This document shows positions 38,529 through 45,268 of a DNA stretch of 45,268 bases, one piece after another; the stretch's first letter is position 1, and each line of letters starts with the position of its first letter. The notes beneath the pieces were generated by a model that was not told where the DNA came from, searched no databases, and saw only the letters and a program-made list of their open reading frames with translations. This DNA is from Candidatus Liptonbacteria bacterium. Lineage in GTDB: Bacteria; Patescibacteriota; Minisyncoccia; UBA6257; 2-01-FULL-56-20. The stretch is taken from positions 1 through 45,268 of the forward strand of contig JACQKT010000016.1 of NCBI GenBank assembly GCA_016204355.1, in the 5' to 3' direction. Position numbers and translations under genes: made by a program.

Positions 38529-38972
38529 CTAGGAAAATTCTCTCATCTCGCGGCGGGCGTCGCGCTTTTTTATAATTTCGCGCTTATCGGATTTTTTTCT
38601 GCTTTTGCCGAGACCGAGCTCTATTTTTATGAAGCCCTTTTTGAGATATGCGCGCAAAGGAATCAGGGAAAATGATTTCTGGTTCAGCTTCCCGTAAAGA
38701 GATTTTATTTCGCTTTTGTGCAAAAGCAGGCGGCGTGAACGTTCAGGGTTGTAATCGACCGGGGCGTTTTTCGGCTGATACGGCGAGATCGACGAATTAA
38801 CCAGCCAAAATTCGCCGTTTTTCGGAACGGCGTAGCTTGATGTCAGATTGAAGCGCCCGGCTTTGGCACTTTTCGTTTCTTGTCCGGTAAGCTCTATGCC
38901 GGCCTCGATGGTTTCAATAATGTCGTAGTCGAATCGTGCCCGGCGGTTTTCGGATACATTTTTCATAAACAT
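38529..38972 (-). CDS. smpB: SsrA-binding protein SmpB
   Basis: NRRARFDYDIIETIEAGIELTGQE.KS ... LLLHKSEI ... LIPL.AY.K....K.ELGLGKS.K..DKRE. The start may instead be the second ATG at 38966. Confidence 0.95.
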   Translation of the reverse strand: MFMKNVSENRRARFDYDIIETIEAGIELTGQETKSAKAGRFNLTSSYAVPKNGEFWLVNSSISPYQPKNAPVDYNPERSRRLLLHKSEIKSLYGKLNQKSFSLIPLRAYLKKGFIKIELGLGKSRKKSDKREIIKKRDARREMREFS

Positions 38973-39008
38973 AATGCGAATCCGCGAATGAATGCGAATA
39001 ACGCGAAT
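38973..39008 (-). repeat. Array of four ATTCGC hexamers in the smpB leader (paralog of 17495-17531)
   Basis: Minus strand: ATTCGCG-TT-ATTCGCAT-TC-ATTCGCG-G-ATTCGCAT-TATGT. A TAAAAT box lies 7 nt upstream of the first hexamer. Confidence 0.75.
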
Positions 39009-39117
39009 TTTTTAAATTTTACCTTATAAAAATTAAATTGTCAGAAAGATATTTTTACGCTATGTTTAACGAAAGTATCTACTATATCGTAATTCATAAA
39101 TTCCAAATCTTATTCTT

Positions 39118-40896
39118 ATGCGAAAAAAAATCGGACTGATTTTGAGAAAGGCGATGGGCGGTGACGCGGAGGTATCGATTCCGGAAAACGAAAAATTCGG
39201 ACATTATTCCACCAACGTAGCGATGAAGCTTGCGAGGGGGAAAAAAGCCGCCCCGCGTCAGCGGGGCGAGCCTTGCCCTGCTGGGCGGGGAAATTCGCTG
39301 GAACTCGCCGCGGAACTTGCGGCAAAGATAGAGAAAAGCGCGCCGGCGGGATTTTTCGAAAAAGTGGAAGTTGCCGCCCCTGGTTTCATAAATCTGTGGG
39401 TTTCCAAAAAGATTCTCAGAGACGAGCTTGTTTCGATATTCAGGCAAAAAGAAAGATACGGAAGGAGCGATGTCGGCAGAAAAAAGAAAGTCATTGTCGA
39501 ATATTCCTCGGTGAATGTCGCCAAGCCGATGCATGTAGGCCATTTGCGAAGCACGGTTATAGGAGACGCGCTTGCGAATGTTTTGGAATTCGCCGGATAC
39601 AAAGTCATTCGATGGAATTACGTCGGCGATTGGGGAACCCAGTTTGGAAAACTTATCGCCGCATACAAACGATGGGGGAGGAAATCCGAAGTAGAAAAAT
39701 CTCCGATAGGCGAACTTTTATCGCTTTATGTGAGATTCCATAAAAAAGAGGTGGAGAACCCGATTTTTTTGAAAGAAGGACAGGAAGAATTTATGAAGCT
39801 CGAGGCAGGAGACAAAGAAAACAGGAAACTCTGGCGGTGGTTTAGCAAAGAGTCGATGGAAGAGTTCAAAAAAGTCTACGGCATTTTAGGCGTTAAGTTT
39901 GATGTGGTTTTGGGCGAGTCGTTTTTCGAGCCGTTTCTGAAGCCGCTCGTAGAACGCCTGTATAAAAAGAAAATAGCGACGGAAAGCGAAGGCGCATTGG
40001 TAGTTAATTTTGATAAATTCTCTGCCAAAAAGGGATTGCCGCCGGCGCTGGTACAAAAATCCGATGAATCAAGCCTTTATCTTACGCGCGATATCGCCAA
40101 TCTCGAGTACAGGATAAAAAAATATAAGCCGTCGGGAATAATATATGTTGTCGGCAACGAGCAGGCGCTTCACTTCGAGCAGCTTTTCGCCATTGCCGGA
40201 ATAATCCGTTTGAAAAATACAAAGCTCGCCCATGTTAAATACGGCTTGGTGCTGGGAGAAAAAGGCAAAAAGCTTTCCACGCGCGGCGGAGAAGCCATCC
40301 AGCTCGAAGAATTGTTGCGAAAGAGCGTCGGCCTTGCCGGAAAGATAGTCGAACAGAAAAACCCGAAGTTGAAAGCCAGAGAAAAGAATGCGATAGCCGA
40401 AGCGGTGGGCGTCGGCGCGGTGAAATACAACGATCTGAAGGAAAACAGAATGTCGGACATATATTTCGACTGGGACAAAATGCTCGACTTTTCAGGCGAC
40501 AGCGCGCCCTACATCCAATATACGCACGCGCGATTGAGGAGCATTCTGCGGAAAGCGCATAAAGCGTCAGGTATCCAGTATCCCTCCTTCGCTAAAGCTT
40601 CGGTGGGCAAGCAAGTATCAAGTTTGGATACGGATATCGAGATGGCTCTTATAAGAAAAATCGCGGAATTTCCCGAAACGGTACGCCGGAGCGCCGAAAA
40701 CTTTTTCACCAACAACATAGCCAGATATCTTTACGAGCTTGCGAACTTAGCCAACAAATATTACGAATCAACCCCGATTCTGACCGATAAGAACGTTGAC
40801 CGTCGCAACGTCCGCCTGATGTTGATAAATTCAGTGGCAGTTGTCATAAAAAACGGGCTCGGACTCCTCGGAATAAAGGCACCTGAGAAAATATAG
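39118..40896 (+). CDS. argS: Arginine--tRNA ligase (with a short GC-rich in-frame extra segment near the N-terminus)
   Basis: SSVNVAKPMHVGHLRS (HIGH region), KLSTRGG (the MSTR/KMSK-like region), anticodon-binding C-terminus ...YYES.PIL. Confidence 0.95.
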   Translation: MRKKIGLILRKAMGGDAEVSIPENEKFGHYSTNVAMKLARGKKAAPRQRGEPCPAGRGNSLELAAELAAKIEKSAPAGFFEKVEVAAPGFINLWVSKKILRDELVSIFRQKERYGRSDVGRKKKVIVEYSSVNVAKPMHVGHLRSTVIGDALANVLEFAGYKVIRWNYVGDWGTQFGKLIAAYKRWGRKSEVEKSPIGELLSLYVRFHKKEVENPIFLKEGQEEFMKLEAGDKENRKLWRWFSKESMEEFKKVYGILGVKFDVVLGESFFEPFLKPLVERLYKKKIATESEGALVVNFDKFSAKKGLPPALVQKSDESSLYLTRDIANLEYRIKKYKPSGIIYVVGNEQALHFEQLFAIAGIIRLKNTKLAHVKYGLVLGEKGKKLSTRGGEAIQLEELLRKSVGLAGKIVEQKNPKLKAREKNAIAEAVGVGAVKYNDLKENRMSDIYFDWDKMLDFSGDSAPYIQYTHARLRSILRKAHKASGIQYPSFAKASVGKQVSSLDTDIEMALIRKIAEFPETVRRSAENFFTNNIARYLYELANLANKYYESTPILTDKNVDRRNVRLMLINSVAVVIKNGLGLLGIKAPEKI

Positions 40897-40901
40897 CGGA
40901 A

Positions 40902-41204
40902 ATGAAATACAACAAATTGGTCAGAGATAAAATTCCGAAATACATAAAAAATAAAAGCGGCAAGCCGGTAACTCATATTGCCGGCGATGCGGAATACTGG
41001 GAAAGGCTTAAGGAAAAATTGCTTGAGGAAGCAACGGAATTCAATAAAGAAGAAAGCATCGAAGAATTGGCGGATATTTTGGAGGTAATCGATGCAATTT
41101 CGGATTATAAAAAGTTCAATAAGCGCGAAATAGAAAACGCGAAAAGCAAAAAAGCCGAAGAAAAAGGGAAATTCGAAAAGAGAATAATTTTGGACGAATC
41201 GTAA
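40902..41204 (+). CDS. MazG/PRA-PH-like nucleoside triphosphate pyrophosphohydrolase (100 aa)
   Basis: KLVRDKIP ... KL.EEA.E ... EELADILEVIDA is typical of the small house-cleaning NTP-PPase family. Confidence 0.7.
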   Translation: MKYNKLVRDKIPKYIKNKSGKPVTHIAGDAEYWERLKEKLLEEATEFNKEESIEELADILEVIDAISDYKKFNKREIENAKSKKAEEKGKFEKRIILDES

Positions 41205-41214
41205 TTCAACGCAG

Positions 41215-41673
41215 ATGCGGGATAGAAAGTTCAAACCCAAACCGGGACAAATCGATTATAGCGATGCCAGATGGGCACCGGTGATAAATTGCGTCGTAAA
41301 ATACGGAGACAAAATTCTTATAGTAAAGAGAAGCTCCGAGTTGAGGTTCTATCCCGGTTTGTGGAACGGCCTTGGCGGTTTTCTGGACGACGATAGAGGT
41401 CTGGAAGAAAAAGTCCGGGAAGAACTTCAGGAAGAGATAGGCATCGGTTCAGACGATATTGTTTCCATAAAGTCGGGAGAAATTTTCGACGCCGACGACC
41501 CGGAATTCGGGAAAACATGGATTATTCACCCGATTCTTGTCGAGGTCAGAACCGACAAGGTAGTTCTCGACTGGGAGGCAGAAGAATACCGCTGGATAAA
41601 ACCAGAAGAACTCGCCGATTTCAAAATAGCGGACAGTTTCAAAAAAGTGGTCAAAAACTTTTTTGATTTGTAA
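41215..41673 (+). CDS. Nudix hydrolase
   Basis: Nudix box GGFLDDDRGLEEKVREELQEEIGI. Confidence 0.85.
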   Translation: MRDRKFKPKPGQIDYSDARWAPVINCVVKYGDKILIVKRSSELRFYPGLWNGLGGFLDDDRGLEEKVREELQEEIGIGSDDIVSIKSGEIFDADDPEFGKTWIIHPILVEVRTDKVVLDWEAEEYRWIKPEELADFKIADSFKKVVKNFFDL

Positions 41674-43152
41674 TATAAGGAAATGCCGGAAGAAAAATCG
41701 TTCAATCTGCCGCAGGCTGAGGAAAAAACATTGGATTTTTGGAGGAAAAACAAGATTTTCGAGAAAAGTCTCGCGCTTAGGCAGGCCAGAAATAAGAAAC
41801 CCTTCGTTTTCTACGAGGGACCTCCGTATGCCAACGGCAAGCCTGGCATACACCATGTTTTGGCTAGGATTTACAAGGATATAATCCTTCGCTACAAATC
41901 CATGCGCGGGCATTACGTTCCGCGCCGGGCCGGATGGGACACGCACGGGTTGCCGGTTGAAATTGCCGCCGAAAAAGCGCTGGGTCTGAAATCCAAAAAA
42001 GACATAGAAAAATTCGGCATCGAGCGTTTCAACGAAGAAGCGAGAAAAGCGGTCTGGGTTTATAAGGAAGAATGGGAAAATCTCACGGAGAGAATAGGGT
42101 ATTGGCTCGACCTCAAAAACGCTTACATAACGTGCTCGAACGATTATATAGAAACGCTTTGGTGGATTCTTGCAAAGATTTGGAAGAGAAAACTTCTTTA
42201 TAAGGCGCACAAAGTCGTTCCGTGGTGTCCGCGTTGCGGAACGGCGCTTTCGGCGCACGAACTGGCGCAAGGATACAAGGAAGTCGACGACACGTCGGTA
42301 TACGCAAAATTCAAATTGAAGAAAGGACAAAAGATAGGAAAATTTACGACCGATGATAAGACATATATTCTTTCATGGACTACGACGCCGTGGACTTTGC
42401 CGGGCAACGTGGCACTGGCAGTCGGGGCCGACATAGATTACGCAGAAACCAATATCAACGGAGAAAAGTTAGTAGCTGCAAAAAATCTTTTCGAAAAAAT
42501 CGGTTTGCCTGCAAACGCCGAGAAACAATACAAAGGGAAAAATCTCGTCGGCTTGAAGTATCAGCAGCTCTTTGATGTGCAGAAACTGCAGAACGAAAAA
42601 TCGCACAAAATTTATTCAGCAGATTTCGTTACCACAGAAGACGGAACAGGAGTTGTTCATACAGCGGTCATGTACGGAGAAGATGACTACGAGCTCGGAA
42701 AAAAAGTCGGCCTGCCACAACATCACACGGTTGACGAAGAAGGGAAATTCACCAAAGAGGTAAAAGGATTCGCCGGTTCGCCCGTTAAGGCGAAGGAGAC
42801 GGAAGAAAAAATCATAAATTATCTGAAATCAAAAAACTTTTTGCTGAGAACTGAAAATTATACGCACGAATACCCGTTTTGCTGGCGGTGCGGCTCAGCG
42901 GTGATTTATTACGCGAGGACGTCATGGTTTATCGCAATGGGGAAACTGAGAAACGAATTGCTCAAATCGAACAAGACGATAAACTGGGTGCCGGCGCACG
43001 TAAAAGAAGGCCGTTTCGGAGAATGGCTCAGAGAGAAAAAAGACTGGAATCTGTCGCGTGAACGTTATTGGGGTGCGCCGATGCCAGTATGGGAATGCGC
43101 GAGGTGCGGAAAAACCGAGGTAGTAGAAAGTCTCGGCGAGTTGAAGAAAAAG

Positions 43153-43743
43153 ACCGTACGGAGGAACGAGTTTTTATTTTTGAGGCATGGTGAGGCCGAC
43201 CATAACGTCAAACATATGACCGGGCCGTCGAAAGACGCGAAAAAATACACCTCTCATCTTACTCTTAAAGGGAAAAAAGATATTGCAGACATCGCAAAAA
43301 AAATCACCAAAAGAAAAATAGATATAATCGTTTCTTCGCCTCTCACCAGAGCGCGCGAAACTTCAAAAATAGTTCAGAAAGCGACAAGAGCGAAGGTAAT
43401 CTATCACAAAGGGCTTATAGACATAAATCCCGGCGTATTTATGCTTAAGTCAGCAAAAGAGCACAGTTCTTATTTCAAAAGCGAAATCGACAAATTCGCA
43501 ATGGCGCCGCCCGAGGGAGAAAACAGGAACGAAACAAAGAAAAGAATGGCAAAGGTTTTCTCAGAGGTAAACTCCAAATTCAAAGGCAAAAGAATTTTGA
43601 TTGTCAGTCACGGCGAACCGTTGTGGCTGCTCAGGGGGGCGCTGGAGGGACTTTCCAACGAAAAAATTCTCGAAGCCCTTTATCCAAAGACTGGAGAACT
43701 CTACGAAATAAATACCGGTTCTTTGCCCATAGACGCTTCCGGA
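43153..43743 (+). other. Histidine-phosphatase (PGAM/cobC-like) domain inserted inside IleRS
   Basis: FLFLRHGEADHN (RHG motif, 43183-43191), VSSPLTRARET, and ILIVSHGEP (second catalytic His, 43606-43614). It is flanked by VWECARCGKTEVVESLGEL and NLDLHRPYADRV..CSGC, which are normally adjacent in IleRS. Confidence 0.75.
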
Positions 43744-44268
43744 AATCTCGATTTGCACCGTCCTTATGCCGACCGAGTGACACTGAACTGTTCAGGGTGC
43801 AAAGGAGAAATGAAAAGGATAAAAGAAGTCGCAGACGTCTGGTTCGATTCCGGCGCGATGCCTTTCGCACAAGTTCACTATCCGTTCGAGAATAAGGCGC
43901 TCATCGATAAAAAAACCATGTACCCTGCCGATTACATTTCGGAGGCGATGGACCAAACGCGCGGCTGGTTTTACACGCTCCTTTCTGTTGCTACGGCACT
44001 AGGATACGAAGCCCCATACAAAAACGTCATCTCGCTGGGGTTAATAAACGACAAGTTCGGACAAAAAATGTCGAAATCAAAGGGGAACATAGTCGAGCCG
44101 TGGGAGGTCATCAACAAATACGGAGCGGACGCGGTTCGTTGGTATTTTTATACCGCTACGCCGCCCGGCGAGCCGAAAAATTTCGATGAGAACGAAGTCA
44201 GCAAAGCATACCGCAAATTCCATCTGATTTTCTGGAACTCGGTTATGTTTTATAAGACGTATGCGGGG

Positions 44269-44293
44269 AAAATCAAAAATCAAAAATCAAAAG
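44269..44293 (+). repeat. AAAAATC heptanucleotide tandem repeat at the ileS frame break
   Basis: g-AAAATC-AAAAATC-AAAAATC-AAAAG: two perfect and two partial units. Confidence 0.85.
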
Positions 44294-45194
44294 TAACAAC
44301 ATACTGGACAAATGGATTTTGGCGCGGCTGGGAGAAACCGTAGCCGAAGTTACCGAAAACCTTGAAAAATATCAAGTAAGAGAATCCGCGATTTCTATCG
44401 AAAGACTTTTGGACGATCTGTCCCGTTGGTACATCAGGCGCTCGAGACGGAGATTTTCGGCAGTTTTCAAAGGCGGAGCCGGCGGCGGGAGAGAACACAC
44501 CGAAGCCTCGCAGACACTGGGCATGGTGCTTTCAGAGATGAATAAACTTATGGCCCCTTTCGTGCCGTTTTTGAGCGAAGCTGTTTACAGGGAACTCGGA
44601 GCAAAAAAAGAAGAATCGGTCCATCTGACAAATTGGCCAAGCGTCGGGAAATCGCAAATCATAAATCGCTCATCGCTCATCGATGGCATGGCGGATATCA
44701 GAAGAATAGCAAGTTCGGCGCTGGCGAAGCGCGCGGAGATCGGAATAAAAGTGCGGCAGCCGCTCGCGGAGCTTCGTATAAAGGATCAATCATCAATCAT
44801 CAAGAAAAACAAGGAATTGTTGGAGATTTTGAAAGACGAAGTCAATGTTAAAAAAATAACTTTCGGGGCGAAAATTTCTGGCGACATCGAATTCGACACG
44901 GTTATAACTCCGGAACTTAAAAAAGAGGGAACCATCAGAGAACTCATCAGAACCGTTCAGGAACTTCGCCAGGAGGCCGGGCTGAAGCCCGGAGACAGCA
45001 TAGATTTGATGCTCGATTTGCCTGCGGAAATAAAATCAGCGGTATCGAGTAACGAAAAGTTTTTGAAATCGGAAGTCGGAGCGAAAAGTTTGGCTTACAA
45101 AAAATCAGGAAAATTTTTGGCCGAAGCGGAAACGAAAATCGATAATCTGAAGATTCGGATAGGAGTGAAAAAAGCGAAATAAAAAGTATCTCCA

Positions 45195-45226
45195 CTATTT
45201 TCTTATTCGCGCGAATAAGAAAATAG
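45195..45226. repeat. Perfect 32-bp palindrome downstream of ileS
   Basis: CTATTTTCTTATTCGC/GCGAATAAGAAAATAG. It contains the same TTATTCGCG core as the uvrB and smpB leader arrays. Confidence 0.85.
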
Positions 45227-45268
45227 GGAATTGGAAATAAAAAAACAGAGCAAACCGCACTTGCGTGC

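Larger units (their letters stand above)
41683..45182 (+). pseudogene. ileS: Isoleucine--tRNA ligase, split across two frames (41683..44343 and 44319..45182) by a frame change near 44270-44295. It could be intact if the break is an assembly indel.
   Basis: HIGH region PPYANGKPGIHHV, KMSKS at FGQKMSKSKGN, and zinc knuckles CARCG / CSGC. The frame-3 continuation NILDKWILARLGETV...SRWYIRRSRRRF is canonical IleRS sequence. Confidence 0.9.

Noticed and set aside
43153-43743. The insertion in ileS as an intein or a mobile-element ORF
   Set aside because: There is no N-terminal Cys/Ser plus C-terminal His-Asn splice junction, and no endonuclease motifs. The insert matches histidine-phosphatase catalytic motifs and is in frame with both flanks.
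44269-44293. Classical programmed -1 frameshift site in ileS
   Set aside because: There is no X-XXY-YYZ heptamer in the zero frame and no obvious downstream pseudoknot. The A-runs are only 5 nt, too short for efficient transcriptional slippage. An indel or repeat-number artefact is more likely, so recoding is listed only as an alternative.
1-45268. Alternative genetic code (UGA as a sense codon, as in some CPR lineages)
   Set aside because: Conserved genes end at TGA at the expected positions (for example mutM, pyrG, polX, and the ATGA overlaps), and no conserved gene requires read-through of TGA.

Overview
This 45.3-kb window looks like the chromosome of a small-genome bacterium, with gene content and architecture resembling CPR/Patescibacteria. 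It uses the standard genetic code: TGA serves as a stop, and there are many ATGA start/stop overlaps. The backbone is housekeeping and strongly weighted to DNA repair/recombination and nucleotide sanitising: ruvC fragment, yebC, ruvB, ruvA, uvrB, mutM, family-4 UDG, MGMT, PolX-PHP, a stand-alone 5'-3' exonuclease, holA, two MazG-like and two Nudix genes. It also carries translation genes (rpsT, infC-rpmI-rplT, smpB, argS, ileS, tsaE), pyrG, a PilB/GspE ATPase, a ClpC-like AAA+ protein, an orphan histidine kinase, transporters, tRNA-Arg(CCG) and tmRNA. No CRISPR array, integrase, transposase or rRNA was seen. Small cassettes of unrecognisable ORFs, apparently GC-richer by eye, are interspersed among these genes, each with its own promoter, palindrome or leader hairpin, and terminator. 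The most interesting observations are: (1) a tandem pair of paralogous two-gene modules at 30.4-31.8 kb, each a small 2-TM protein translationally coupled through an identical 11-nt overlap to a small soluble protein; (2) an IleRS with a complete histidine-phosphatase (RHG...SHG) domain inserted between its zinc-knuckle motifs, and a frame break inside an AAAAATC heptamer repeat; (3) a conserved array of four ATTCGC hexamers starting at the predicted transcription start of both uvrB and smpB; (4) a ~150-nt candidate structured RNA closed by a 17-bp helix downstream of pilB; (5) a secreted protein with a repeated 4-Cys module; (6) a GC-rich hairpin-bearing in-frame insertion in argS. All functional interpretations of the orphan cassettes are inference. 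No database search could be run.
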